Shown: in pieces, positions 13,990-27,834 of the stretch | Layout of the letters: every line of letters begins with the position of its first letter | Numbering within the stretch: position 1 is the first letter of the stretch | Assembly: GCA_964016885.1 (NCBI GenBank) | Contig: OZ024748.1 | Span: 682,001-746,000 of the forward strand | Direction: 5' to 3' | Source: Eledone cirrhosa | Taxonomy: Eukaryota | DNA length: 64,000 nt | Made by a program: the position numbers and the translations under genes | Notes under the pieces: generated by a model | The model's input: only the letters and a program-made list of their open reading frames with translations | The model's database searches: none | Told to the model about the DNA's origin: nothing

Positions 13990-14725
13990 GGTGGAGGTGG
14001 TGGTGGTTGTGGTGGGGGTTGTGGTGGTGGTGGTGGTGGTTGTGGTGGTGGTTGTGGTGGTGGGGGTTGTGGTGGTGGTGGTGGTGGTTGTGGTGGTGGC
14101 GGTTGTGGTGGTGGTGGTTTGTGGTAGTGGTGGTGGTGGTGGTGGTGGTGGTGGTTGTGGTGGTGGGGGTGGTGGTGGGGGTGTGGTGGTGGTGGTGGTG
14201 GTTGTGGTGGTGGCGGTTGTGGTGGTGGTGGTGGTTTGTGGTAGTGGTGGTGGTGGCAGTGGTGGCGGCGGTGGCAGTGGCGCTGGAGGTGGTGGTGGTG
14301 GTGGTGGTGGCGGTGGCAGTGACGTTGGAGGTGGTGGTGGTGGTGGTTGTTGTGGTGGTGGTGATGGTGGTGGTGATGGTGCTGGTGGTGGTGCTGGTGG
14401 TGATGGTGATGGTGGTGGTGATGGTGATGGTGGTGGTGGTGGTGGTGGTGGTGGTTGTGGTGGTGGTGCTGGTGGTGCTGGTGGTGGTGGTGGTAGTGGT
14501 GGTGGTTGTGGTAGTGGTGCTGGTGGTGGTTGTGGTGGTGGTGGTTGTGGTGGTGGTGGCAGTGGTGCTGGAGGTGGTGGTGGTGGTGGTGATGGTTGTG
14601 GTGGAGGTGGTGGTGGTGGTGGTGGTGGTGGTGGTGGTGGTGGTGGTGGTGGTGATGTTAGTGGTGGTGGTGGTGGTGACCATGATCACAGGAATAAAGA
14701 TGATGATGATGATGATGATGATGAT
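13990..14725. repeat. (GGT)n/(GAT)n compound microsatellite
   Basis: Direct inspection. Confidence 0.95.
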
Positions 14726-15182
14726 TATTGCTGAAAGCTCTCTGCTGTAAATCAATGGTGGCCCCATAACAGAACACTGATCACACATACACAGAAACAC
14801 ACCAACACACACATTGCACATTTACACACACACATCAACACCTACACAACAACAACAATTAAGATGGAAAATAGTTTTGTTGATTGTATTTTTTCCACTC
14901 TTTGTTTATTTATTTTGTTATGTTCTTGTTTGTTTCTAAACACCCCCCCCCCCCCCACACACACACACACACCACGAACACCACCACCACCACCACCACC
15001 ACCACCACAACTATCATCACCACCAGCACCACCACCACCCTGATATCTTTTTTCTGTTTTTATTGTTGTTTTTCTATTTTTATTGTGGTTATATTTTTTT
15101 ATTATTGATATTGTTTGCCTTTGTTGTTGTTTGGTATTTTATTTTTTTGTCTTTTTGTTGTTGTTGTTGGTGGTGTTGCTGT

Positions 15183-15219
<37 letters not shown>

Positions 15220-15654
15220 CTATCTATCTATCTATCTAGCTCTCCCTCTTTCCCTCACTCTATCTTTATGCTATATCACTACAGGAGAAACTTCTAGCAA
15301 AGAGCCAAACCCAATACCAAACAATTCCCTGATCTGATATGGACAAGATACTATGGCTCTGAAGCTGAAGGACATAAACCACATTCTGTAGACTGGCTGG
15401 ACCTGTTGCCAAAGGTCCAATTGCGAGAGGCAATGACAATTGAATAGCACAGCCCCCCCCCCCCCCTCCCCCTCTCCCCATTACTTTTAAATGGTGCACC
15501 CTCGGGTGGACATCTGCAAAGTGGCCAGCTCGTTATGCTGAAAAGGAGTAAGTAGAAATTCTATATCAGAGTACCAATTGTAAATTATGGGTGTGTAGAA
15601 GGTGACATGAGATCATTTGTAAGTTGGCAGAGGAAGAAAACTTTGTATGTAATC

Positions 15655-15878
15655 CTCATCATCGGGTGCTCTCAGCCGAAATGGACTCAACAATTGATCT
15701 CCATGTGGGTCTGTCGTTCATTGTCGTTACCAAATCCTGGATTTCAATACCAGAATCTCTGGAGATGTCATCGGGATAGGAGAGCTTGTACTCCTTGTTA
15801 TTAGTGACTGTTTGTGGTTTCCAAACCACTAATGGGGACATAGCCTCAGAGGTGGCATGATGGAAGTGGCCAGCAAGC
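15655..15878 (-). mobile_element. Old RTE-like LINE C-terminal relic
   Basis: LAGHF...VVWKPQ...ISRDSG...MNDRPTWR. Confidence 0.55.
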
Positions 15879-16556
15879 AGGCCGGATTTAATGTGTGGCA
15901 GCGATGGCTGTAGCAATTTATTCATGCCCTCGGCTAAGCTTTTTAGTTTTAAGATGGTTAGAACTTTTGAATTTAAAACCTGTATGTATAACTTTTCAAT
16001 TCCAATTACTTGCGCCAAGCTAACTTTGATATGTAATATTGAGGGGTTTGCTGTGTATTCTAATGTTTTGTGTATGAGGGTCCCACCCAAACCTTAAGTG
16101 TCCCGGGCCCCACGAGATCTAAATCCAACCCAGCACAGGAGTGGTTTATTATAAGAGCATCTATGAAATAAATTTTTTCAAATGCTTGATAGGTTCTATA
16201 GAAGTAGGTGATAGCTTCTGTTATCTTCTTTATTTCTTCTTTAGTCCCACAACTCCCAGGGGAGTTGTAGAGACTCCATATTGATATACAGTGTTTATAG
16301 AACATTTTAAAACCTGGCAGAGCCCATTACCTCATCAGGTCTGATTACAACAGATTTATTCAAGAGAAAGATGGAGGGTGAAAAATAACTGATATCAAGA
16401 GGAAGGTTTCATAAGAAGTATTATAGTTCATCTAAAATAAATATTATAATTAATAGCCCTGTTAATGAGTAAAGAAATTGGCGCTAATTAGAACCATTTT
16501 TAGATGCTGACAGCTCATTACAGTCAACTGCTACAGTATAATGTATATACATACAT

Positions 16557-16850
16557 ATCATCATCATCATCATCAGGTTTAGCGTCCGTGTTCCACGCTT
16601 GCATGGGTTTGGACGGGGGTTTTCCCACTTGAGGCAAGAGTGGTTGTCTTGCTCGCATAGGACTGTCTGGCGGGTTTTCTACAGTTGGATGCCCTTCCTA
16701 ACACCAACCACATTTACAGTGTGGGACTGGGAGGTTTTTACCGTGTTGCCTACACGGCCACATTACAGCGTGGACTGTCTGGCGGGTTTTCTACAGCTGG
16801 ATGCCCTTCCTAACACCAACCACATTTACAGTGTGGGGCTGGGAGGTTTT
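16557..16850 (-). mobile_element. Family B 3'-tail module with a partially duplicated 112-bp unit
   Basis: Matches 45150-45460. Confidence 0.82.
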
Positions 16851-16919
16851 TATATATATAGATATATATAGATATATATATATATATATACTTCTATATA
16901 TATACATATATGTACACAC

Positions 16920-17975
16920 ATCATCATCATCGTTTAACATCCATTTTCCACGCTAGCATGGGTTAGACGGGAGTTGTCCCAATTTGAGTCAAGGTTGGTC
17001 GAGTGACCGTGTCTTGCTCATATAGGACTATCTGGCAGGTTTTCTATGCCTGGATGCCCTTCCTAACACCAACCACATTTACACTGTGGAACTGGGAACT
17101 TTTTACCGTGTTACCTACACGGCCACATTACAGTGTGGACTGTGTGTGTGTTTTTTGTTTTTTTTTCATGACACCTACACGAACTCAATCTCATTTTCTC
17201 ATGCTGTTGGTGGGAGTGGGAGGATAGGGTAGGGGTAGTAGATTGGGGTGTATATTTGGTTAAGAGGTGCCTACTGACTTGTACATAGGCAAGGCGGGTC
17301 TTCTGTATTACTGCATAGCGCCAAAGATCTCAGTCTAGTGACATTGTCTTAGAGAGGTGCAAGTGTGTAAGCTTGGAATTTATTAGATCGTCCCAGGTTT
17401 TTCTGAGTCTACCTACTCCGTAACTACCATCAATTTTGATCGCCCTGCATTTTTTTATACAGCTGTCGTCTTTCATGCACATCACGTGGCCATACCAACG
17501 TAGTCTTCTCTCGAGTAAACAGCATCTGATCCCTCTTATTCCTAATTTCTCACTTAGTTCATTTATACTTTGCCGCTCACGTATATTACTATTACACATC
17601 CAACGGAGCATGCATGCTTCGTTCCTTTCCAGTCTACGCAGGTCCTCTGCACGTAATGCCCATGTCTCACTGCCATGTAGCATTGCTGTTCGTATACAAG
17701 CATCATACAATCTGCCTTTCATTTTTAGAGAGAAACCTTTTGTGGCCAACAGCGGTATAAGCTCTCTGAACTTTTTCCATCCCATTCTGACTCTGGCTAC
17801 TGTACTTTCAGAACACCCTCCACCACTGCTGATTTCGTCACCCAAGTAACGGAAAGTATCTACTATTTCTATAGAACCATCTGGGCAATAGAAGGAGCTA
17901 GTACTCTGTGGGCACTTGCTACTGAGCATCGGCCACCTGAGCATCGGCCACATATAAAGTCTACGTTCTTAGATA
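16920..17975 (-). mobile_element. RTE LINE family B 3' fragment
   Basis: ORF 17330-17953 matches the family B C-terminus and carries the same 3' UTR module. Confidence 0.88.
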
Positions 17976-18101
17976 GTATATAGTGTTCAATCAGGAATGA
18001 GAGTTGATGTTATATTATTTATTCATAAAACCTTAAGTAGCTCTTTTGTTCCATGTATGAACATAAATAAATAATATATTACATGCATATATATACATAT
18101 A

Positions 18102-18182
<81 letters not shown>

Positions 18183-18262
18183 GAAGCAATTCCGTCGGAA
18201 AAAAGAGTGCTCTATGTATGTAGGGTACAGAGCTTATTAGTTATGTAATAAACACTATGTTT

Positions 18263-18331
18263 TTTATTCCTTCTGACGATTGAAAACAGATATAATATCT
18301 GCTTTCAAGAAACCACTGGTAAATGAAATAA
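18263..18331 (+). ncRNA. Type I hammerhead ribozyme motif
   Basis: CUGACGA (18273-18279); stem II UUGAAAACAGAUAU/AUAUCUGCUUUCAA; GAAACC ACU GGUA; imperfect stem I. Confidence 0.75.
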
Positions 18332-18357
18332 TTATCTTATGTTGTTTATTACATAAC

Positions 18358-18389
<32 letters not shown>

Positions 18390-18432
18390 CAATATTAAAT
18401 AAATGGAAAACTATATTTATAAAACCATATTT

Positions 18433-18496
18433 ATTTCATTATATATATTTCGGGGATATCATATTAACAATATGCTATGCCTTCATCAGACAAAAT
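18433..18496 (-). ncRNA. Type I hammerhead ribozyme motif (family H1)
   Basis: AUUUUGU CUGAUGA AGG...CCCC GAAAU AUAU AUA AUGAAAU. Confidence 0.72.
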
Positions 18497-18603
18497 ACAA
18501 TATAAACAGTTTTATAGATAAATAGATTCGACATACCGTAATAAACACCGACTTCATTTGAAGAGGTTTACGCTAGCAGTCTATATATATATATATATAT
18601 ATA

Positions 18604-18703
18604 CAGGGTGTCCAAAAAAATATATACACACTTCAACAGCGAACTAATAAATATTGCCAGTACAAGTAATCAAAGTGTGTATAGATTTTTTAGGGACACC
18701 CTG
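18604..18703. mobile_element. Tc1/mariner-type MITE (copies at 53901-54001 and 59207-59303; related at 57908-58020 and 58558-58670)
   Basis: TIR CAGGGTGTCC...GGACACCCTG with TA target duplication. Confidence 0.8.
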
Positions 18704-18805
18704 TATAATATATATATATATATGTGTATGTGTGTTATATACTAATAAACATAATGCAGGGAAAAGTGGACGTAAAATGATGATGATGATGATGATAATG
18801 TTTGT

Positions 18806-18890
<85 letters not shown>

Positions 18891-19765
18891 GGGACTTGGC
18901 GATTTCTTTTCCGGCCGCATTTGTCTCAATCAATGCCATCTCATTTACCTTTCTGTAGGTGTATGTATATATATATATATATATATGCGTGTGTGTTTGT
19001 GTTATATACTAACAAACATATGTGTATGTATATATATATATATACATACATGCATATATTGCATACAAAAGAGCCTTGTATACATGTTATATATAAAAGT
19101 ATAGCCAGGTGGACTGAGCTATTATTAAGCCAGTATTATATACATCTGTCACAGTGTCAGCAGCTCCTTTAGTGTTGTATTAAGGTGATGGTGGTGAGAG
19201 GGTCCATGAGGGTGGTGGTGGTATGAAGGCTTGTGGTGGTGGTGATGTAGGGCTGGTGGTGGTGGTGAGGGCGTTGTTGTTTGTGGTGTTAGGGCTGTTG
19301 GTGGTGGTTATGGTGGTGGTGATTGGGTTGTTGGTGGTGGGAGTGAGAGGGCTGTTGGTGGTGGTGGTGGCAGGGGTGGTGGCGGTGGTGAGTGGGTTCA
19401 TGGTGGTGGTGGTGGTGCCGAGGGTGCTACTGGTGGTAATGAGGGTGCTGCTGGGGATGAGAGGGCTGTTGGTGGTGATGAGGGCTGCTGGTGGTGATGA
19501 GGGTGCTGGTGGTGGTGAGGGTGCTGGTGGTGGTGAGGGTTCTGTTGGTGGTGGTGAGGGGCTGGTAGTGGTCATGATGGTGCTGTTGGTGGTGGTATGT
19601 AAGGCTCTGAGAGTGGTGACCCTTCAAATGATAGTAAGTTGACACATTATACACTCTGCTAGCTATCAACTGCAGTAAAGCCAAATGTTACATTTAACAA
19701 TGGTCACATAGGATGGCTTAAAGCTCACACTAGCTTCTGTTAATGTATTAATCCTAATCTGATTA

Positions 19766-19808
<43 letters not shown>

Positions 19809-20471
19809 AAGAGGAGACAGAGTGAGAGAGTTAGAGACAGATAAAGAGAGGAATAGCAGGAGAGAGTGAGACAGATTGACAGACAGATGAATAGATGGAG
19901 GGGGAGAAAGAAAGAGAGTGACAGACTGACAGAGGAACAGAGCGAACGAGAGAGAGAGAGACAGAGAGAGAGGGAGAGAAACAGAAGAGTGAGAGTGAGA
20001 GACAGAAGAAAGAGAGAGAGAGAGAGACAGACAGACTGAGGAATAAAGGGCGAGAGATAGAGATAATAGAATAAGAGAGAGAGAGGAAGAAAGAGATAAG
20101 GGAGGGGATATAAAGCTTAACCTCATTACTGATTGAGATTGTTATGTGTTGCTCTATGACTAGTGTTGTATATATGAAAATATAATGTTGTCTCTGATCA
20201 AGACAAGAACACCTGTTAAAACAGCTAAATGCTGCCAAACACTGGTACTTGTCCTCTTCCTCTTACAATCTTTTCTATATTTCATCTGCCTGTCACCAAC
20301 CTTGTGGATTGTCTCTCTGTTGACCACTGGCCACTGGTCTCTGCCCTCTGAAGCATTTTTATCCATCGCTGTCTTTGACAGTATTTAGCTGTTTTAGCAA
20401 TCAGTTTTCTCATTTTTATATGTATTCAAATACACAAATACTCATTCGTTTTGCTTCAATGACAGACAACA

Positions 20472-20808
20472 TTCATCATCATCATCATCATCACCATTTT
20501 ACGTCTGTTCTTCCACGCTAGTATTGAGGGGTTGTCCTGTTGTGGGCAGTGTTCGGTCGACTGACCTTGTCTTGCTCAAACGGGAACTGATTCTGGCTTG
20601 ATTTCTACAGCTGGATGCCCTTCCTAACACCAACCTCATTTACAGTGTGGGCTGGGTGCTTTTTTTCCGTGGCGCCTCCACGACCACTTTCCAGTGGAAT
20701 GATAGGGACCCCAGTCCTATCTACAGCTGAGTAAACTGGAGCAATGTGAAATAAAGTGTCTTGCTCAAGGAAACAACACAATGCTCTAACCACTAAGCCA
20801 TGTGCCTT
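20472..20808 (-). mobile_element. Composite SINE variant with an alternative RTE-type tail
   Basis: Same head and body with internal deletions. Its tail variant also occurs at 29101-29281 (+) and 41390-41492 (-). Confidence 0.72.
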
Positions 20809-21480
20809 CATATATATATATATATCAACCTGAGGTATCTGATTTTTAATGCGATGAATTACCAATGATGGTTGGCAAATCACTGATGAGGGACTAATTT
20901 TATAATATGTAATCCATGTGCAACCATGCAGTATTCTTCTCCCCTTGTTTTTCATATATATTTACCTAAACTGCGATTATCTGTTTCTCTCTTTCCCTCT
21001 TACTGCTCCCCCGTTCTCTCTGTTTCTCTTACCTTCTTTCGCCCCCTCTGTCAGTTACACTTTCTCTCGACTGACCTCTTCCTCGCACTTCCACTCACTC
21101 ACTCTCTGTTTCTCCCCTTCTCACTTCCTCCTGTTCGCTAGTAGTGGGGTTCCTTCTTTCTCACACCGCATTCACGGCGTATGGTCTGCTTCTCTGACCG
21201 CTCATGAAATTCACCCAGCTTATGCTGATCGGATAACTATCATGTTGCTTGCTGTTTTTCCAACCTTCGGTTTGCTTTTCCTTCTGTTGTTTACTTGTCT
21301 CACTCGCTTTACGCGTTTCACTTGTCCCAATAGCTTATTTTAGTTATTGCTCGCACCAACCTGAGGTATCTGATTTTTAATGCGATGAAATACCAATGAT
21401 GGTTGGCAAATCACTAATGAGGGACTAATTTTATAATATGTAATCCATGTGCAACCATGCAGTATTCTTCTCCCCTTGTT

Positions 21481-21529
<49 letters not shown>

Positions 21530-21531
<2 letters not shown>

Positions 21532-23960
21532 AGGAAGGGCATCCAACCAGTGTATCAATGCCAAAACGCTTATCAGCACAGCAACAAATAGATAGGAACA
21601 ACAACCAAATATGAAGACGTCGCATCTCAGAGTTGCAACACTTAATGTTGGCACTCTCAGAGGTAGATCTGCTGAAATAGGGGAGATGTTGGAGAGAAGG
21701 CATGTGGATGTGTGCTGTGTGCAAGAGGTGAGATGGAGAGGTGCCTCTGCGAGACTAGTCGTAGGCAAACGTAGCTATAAGCTTTTCTGGGTAGGTAAGG
21801 ATGATGGGTTAGAGGGAGTAGGCATTTTCCTGGCCGAGAAATGGATCAATAAGACAATAGAGGTAGTTCGAGTTAGTAATCGAATAATTAAGCTTAGATT
21901 AGTTATAGGCAGGAGACTACTGACAATCATCTCTGCCTATGCTCCCCAAGCAGGCCTAGGCAAAGATGAGAAAGACTGCTTTTACGAGCAACTTTTACAA
22001 ACAACTGCAATGACAGAGGACGGGGACATCGTTATGCTAGCAGGGGACTTCAATGGTCATGTTGGACAGCTCCAGGATGGTTACACTGGGGTACATGGTG
22101 GGCACGGTTATGGCTCAAGAAATGAAGAAGGAATGAGACTTCTTGAATTTTGTGATGCAAGTACACTGACTATTTGCAACACAAACTTTCAGAAACCTGC
22201 CAACCACCTAATAAACTACAAATCTGGCGATCACATAAGCCAGATTGACTTCTTACTAGTTAGGCAGCGGGACAGGCAGATAGTGTCTAATACCAAGGCA
22301 TACCCTGGGGAAGAATGTACCCCACAGCATAGGTTAGTTGTTAGTGATATCTCAGTAAGCAAGAGATGGAATGAGACATACAGGAAGGTGTGGAGAAGAA
22401 AGGTCTGGAAGATAAAAGACTTTTCACTAAAATACAAATTTAGGAAAGCCCTTCAGGATGTGTATGACGAAAAAGAAGACGATTTAGAGACGTATGACAT
22501 AGATAATAACTGGAATTTTTTACATGACAACTTACTGCAGGCTACTGATGAAACTTGTGGCTGGAGCAGAGCTCCAACCAGACAGAGAGTGACCTGGTTG
22601 TGGAACAGCACAGTAGATAAGGCCATTAGAGACAAAAGACTAGCATGGAAGGCTTGGAAAAAGGGTGGGAGTAGGGAAGAATATACAGCCGCTAAGAGAG
22701 AAGCTAGACATCAGGTGTACTTAGCACGCAGGGAGTCTGAGAGTAGGAGGTTTGCCAATGTTCTGCGATGGGAAGATCAGAGGCGTGTGGTGTTCCACAT
22801 TGCAAGGCAGTGTATCAATGCAAATCAGGATGTTGTTGGAGATAAACGTGTCTGGAATGATGCCGGTGTACTTAGTGTCACGAATGATCAGAAAAAGGAG
22901 GCCTGGAAATGTCATTATGAGAGACTGATGAATGTGGAGAACAAATGGGAGAGAGAGAAATTACCCTCAGTAGATCAGACAGAGGGACCAGCTATTGAGA
23001 TTGACAAATATAGGGTCCAAGAGGCGATTAAGGAAATGAAAAATGGTAAGGCTGCTGGACCATCGGGAATAGTTGCTGAGATGCTGAAGGCATCAGGGGA
23101 CGTACCCACTAAACTGGTTGCACGCATCATCAATCAGGCTATTTATGGTGGTGTCATACCCAAAGACTGGTGCAGCAGTATTCTCATAAATTGCTACAAA
23201 GGTAAAGGGGATGCTCTGGAGAGGAGAAATTATAGGGGTATAAAACTGATGGATTAGGTTATGAAAGTGGCAGAAAGGATATTAGCACAACTAATTAGAG
23301 AAAGGGTCAAACTAGATGAGATGCAGTTTGGTTTTGTGCCTGGGAAGAGTACAACAGATGCCCTCTTCTTAGTGAGACAATTGCAAGAGAGGTTGTTAGA
23401 GAAAAATAAGCCACTATACTTAGCCTTTGTTGACCTAGAGAAGGCCTTTGATAGGGTACCCCGATCTGTCATCTGGTGGTCCCTAAGGAAACTAGGTGTT
23501 AAGGAATGGCTTGTGAGGATAGTGCAAACTTTGTACAGAGGTACTGTCAGTAAAGTCAGGGTAGGAATGGAGTTTAGTGAGGAATTTCCAGATACAGGTA
23601 GGAGTACATCAAGGTTCGGTCCTCAGCCCGCTCTTGTTCATTATAGTCCTCCAAGCCATAACAGAGGAGTTTAAGACTGGCTGTTCATGGGAACTTCTCT
23701 ATGCTGATGATCTGGTTCTTATAGCAGAATCAGTAGAGGAGCTAGAGAATAAATTCTGGCTATGGAAACAGCAGTTGGAAACAAGAGGACTGAGAGTGAA
23801 CCTAGCTAAGACAAAAGTGTTGATGCGTAGAAAATAGGACAAAACTCTGATTCCGTCAGGGAAATGGCCATGTTGGATATGCAGAAAAGGAACTGGCATA
23901 AATTCTATAAAATGCACACAATGCAGATCCTGGGTACACAAGAGATGTAGTGGGATAGTA
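21530..23960 (+). mobile_element. RTE-clade LINE family A, 3'-truncated and disrupted
   Basis: AP endonuclease (TLNVGTL, CVQEVR, GDFNGH, QHRLV) and RT (DLEKAFD, HQGSVLSP, YADD), with stops and a frameshift. Ends within the Cys/His finger. Confidence 0.92.
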
Positions 23961-23976
23961 TCTTAGCTACCATCAG

Positions 23977-24008
<32 letters not shown>

Positions 24009-24458
24009 CCATGCAAGTGCGGAACAGGAAGATGTTAAATGGTGATGATGATGATGATGAAACACACACACACTGAAACACATCTATACACACACAAACA
24101 CATACATTTACACAAACACACACCCAGATACATATATGCACACACACACATATATATATATATAAATATAAATTAGCTCTATGAATATATGAATACATTA
24201 ACTTAATATTATGTATTGATCATATTGTCTCTTTTGTTACTCTTACTAGAATGTATGTCTATATGCATACACACACACATATACACATATGCACATGCAC
24301 ACATACATATACGCATGCACATACACACATACACATACATATCGATGCATATGCTTCAATATATATATATTTAAACACATACACCTACACATACGAGTAC
24401 ACATATACACATACATATTGATGTATATGCTTTAGTATATGTATTTACACACACACAC

Positions 24459-24798
24459 GGAGGCACATGGCTTTGTGGTTAGAGCATTGGTCTTGCAATC
24501 GAAAGGTTGTGAGTTTAATTCTCAGACCGGGTGATGTGTTGTTTCCTTGAGCAAGACACTTTATTTCACATTGCTCCAGTTTACTCAGCTGTAGAAATGA
24601 GATGATAGGGACTGAGGTCCCTATCATTCCACTGCAAAGTGGTTGTGGAGGTGCCACGGCAAAAAAGCACCCAGTACTCACTGTAAATGAGGTTGGTGTT
24701 AGGAAGGGCATCCAGCTGTAGAAATCAAGCCAGTATCAGTTCCCATCCCACCCTTGCAAGCAGGGAAAAAGCGGACGTAAAATGAAATGATGAAATGA
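24459..24798 (+). mobile_element. tRNA-headed composite SINE with RTE family A 3' tail
   Basis: tRNA-like head (TGGCTTTGTGG A-box-like; GAGTTTAATTC B-box-like), CORE-like CCTTGAGCAAGACACTT body, TTAGGAAGGGCATCC module, and a tail matching 50783-50820. Confidence 0.8.
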
Positions 24799-24939
24799 CA
24801 TACATACATACACACATACACATAGATGTATATGCTTCTGTTATATATTTACACACACACATACATATTTATGTATATGCTTCAACATAGATTTATACAT
24901 ATGTATATGTATATACACACACATACATTTATATACATA

Positions 24940-25095
24940 TATCATCATCATCGTCGTTTAACGTCTATCTTCCATGCTAGCATGGGTTTAGACCGGAGTT
25001 GTCCCACGTGAGGCAAGATTGGTTGTCTTGCTCGTATAGGACTGTCTGGCGGGTTTTCTACGGCTGGATGCCCTTCCCAACACCAAACACGTTTA

Positions 25096-25100
<5 letters not shown>
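24940..25100 (-). mobile_element. Family B 3'-tail fragment
   Basis: (CAT)n-CGTTTAACGTC...GGATGCCCTTCC tail. Confidence 0.8.
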
Positions 25101-25127
<27 letters not shown>

Positions 25128-25315
25128 GTTTATATAGGAAAATGTATGACCCTGACGGCAGAGCTCAAGCCGTTTCGATGTCGAAATAGCCGTCGAAACG
25201 GCTTGAGCTCTGCCGTCGGGGTCATACTTTTTTCCTATTTCCCACTCTACTACTCTTAGTATTGAGTACTCTGGTGCGTTATCGTCCATCTAGTTCCTTA
25301 CAACAATTCCTTTGT

Positions 25316-25348
<33 letters not shown>

Positions 25349-25454
25349 TACATACATATATATGTATGTAAAAGGTAAACAGAAATAATAACACAATCGG
25401 TACAGAATATGGAAGGGATATATTAGGTTAACGCTTGATATAGCAGGAAGAGGG

Positions 25455-25490
25455 TCTTGACGATTCGGACGCTAGTCCTTCATCAGAAGA
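25455..25490 (-). ncRNA. Minimal hammerhead motif, core mutated (GAAU)
   Basis: UCUU CUGAUGA A GGAC UAGC GUCC GAAU C GUC AAGA. Confidence 0.6.
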
Positions 25491-26214
25491 AAGAATGAGA
25501 AATAAAATAGATTGATATATATATATGTATGTATATGTATGTATATATACACACACATATGCACAACCATTTGTTCCCACTAATGGTTGTGATGGTGACA
25601 GCTGGTATGTCCAGCTGATCAGTTTCACTGGCTGAAGGTCAAATCCTGTGGGTTTATGGAGGTCAGCAACAAAATATGGAGGGAGTAGGCGTGATAGGAA
25701 GTCCTAGTCTTGTTGTTGTTGTTGTAGGCAAATGAGGAAGAGGAGGAGGGTAGGGGGAGGAGGGGAGAAGAAGAAGAAGAAGAAGAAGAAGAAGAAGAAG
25801 AAGAAGAACAACAACAACAACAACAACAACAGCAACAACAACAACAACAACAACAACAACTATTACTTAACAAGTATTTCTAAAATAGAATTATCATGGC
25901 AATAGGTTTTACTATAAAGATAAATAAGCAGTATCCTAGAACCAGGTGTAATTTAATACTCTAGCATTTAAACCGAACATATCCAGCCAGAATTCTCTCA
26001 CCTCAAACCAGCCACTCATACTGACGTTGAGGTATTGTTCGCAAAATAAATAATATCAAAATCTCATAGATTTGATATATGAGATAATTATGTGAGATAA
26101 AGTATTTACCATGAAAATACAAAAGTAAATATATATAAAGTAATGTAAATGTTAAAGGGTTAAAGTGGTTTGGTATCAAAATGGTTACAGCAGTAATAAT
26201 AATAATAAATAATA

Positions 26215-26393
26215 AATGCTTCTACTTTTGGCACAAGGCCAGCAATTAACCAGTACATTACTGGTACTTTATTTTATCGACCCCGTAAGGATGAAAGGCA
26301 AAGTTAACCTCGGCGGGATTTGAACTTAGAATGGTAAGGACAGTAACTCTATGCGTCAAAGCATGGCATCCGACCCTCTACCGATACTGCCAA
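26215..26393 (-). mobile_element. OR-like SINE
   Basis: Reverse-complement match to 1448-1655. Confidence 0.8.
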
Positions 26394-27046
26394 ATGAAAT
26401 TATTGTGTACAGTGCTCAGGTGCACTACAACTCATCAAAGGTGCATGTATAGTACATAGAATAATGTACAAATGTCAGGAAAGTGAACAGTGTATGAGTC
26501 ATGATATACATGATATAAGAAGAAAGACCAACAAAACGAAGCAAGATGTCTCTGATGTAATGGGGGGGGGGGGGTAGAATAATGAAAAAAAAATCTCTGG
26601 ACAAATTTTATGGGCAAAACTAATTGGAAGGAGACCCAGGGGTAGACCCTCGAGCAGGATGGTTGGATAACATCCATGAGAATGGTTGGTCTCGCTTGGG
26701 GATCCAGCCGGATCAGTTGGGGACGGTTGCTTCTGACAGGACCCACTGGAAGGAGTGCTTGAGAACTCTGTGTGTGTCCCCCCCCTGACACTCTCAGGAA
26801 TAAGTGGGCGAAGGAGAAGAAGAAGAAATGAAATAAAATAAAGAAGCATGACATATTTTTTAAATATCCTTTTATTCAGAATATTTTATAGCTGTGACAT
26901 TATTGTTTAAAAAATTGATTTTATCACACACCCCCCCCCCCCCCCCCCCCCCACACCCACCATTGTTTCTTCTTCTTCTTCTTCTTCTTCTTCTTCTTCT
27001 TCTTCTTCTTCTTCTTCTTCTTCTTCTTCTTCTTCTTCTTCTTCTC

Positions 27047-27082
<36 letters not shown>

Positions 27083-27834
27083 TAGAATTTATTTTTCATG
27101 TTCTAATATTTCTGTAGTTTGATATTTTCATGTTTCCCAGTAATTTGTCACCACAGTCTGACAAGGTCAAGTTACACTGGTTCTATAGATACCACTCTCC
27201 AAGACACCATTCTTTTGCTTCTCTCTTTATACAAATTCTTTACCTCCTACACATTTTCTCAAAACCTTTTTTTCTTTTTCTATTTTCATGATTTCTTTTC
27301 TGTGGGAATATTGTGTTTTTTACCTTATTTTTGTTAATTTTATTTATTGTTTTATTTTTTTTTAATTTGTATTTTAAGATGTTTATTCAGTATAATGTTT
27401 TAAAATAGCATTGAATCAAGTCTACCATGATGTAAACATGGATTTTTGTTCATTTTTTGGTTTTATTTTTTCTGTTCTTTCATTTCATTATTATTTTTTA
27501 TGCGTCTTCTTTCAAATTTAAAATATTTCGACCCAGCATGATGACGACAAAACAAAATTGAAATCGTAAATATTTATTTATGCACACCATAGCATAAATT
27601 AGAAAATCTAACATAAATTTAAGTCATAACCCCTTTCAAAACCACCTCTAGTTCTGTGAAACAAAAAAATCCATTTTATATGAATTATTATTATTATATT
27701 AAAATCTTCTTTTTGCCCACTTATTCCTGAGAGGGTTGTGGGGGCAGAGTCCTCAAACACTCCTTCCAGTGGGTCCTGTCAGAAACAACCATCTCCAACT
27801 GATCTGGCTGGATCCTCAAGCGAAACGCGCCAGC

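Noticed and set aside
24459-24530. tRNA gene
   Set aside because: It is a degenerate SINE head continuing into a SINE body, with no full cloverleaf.
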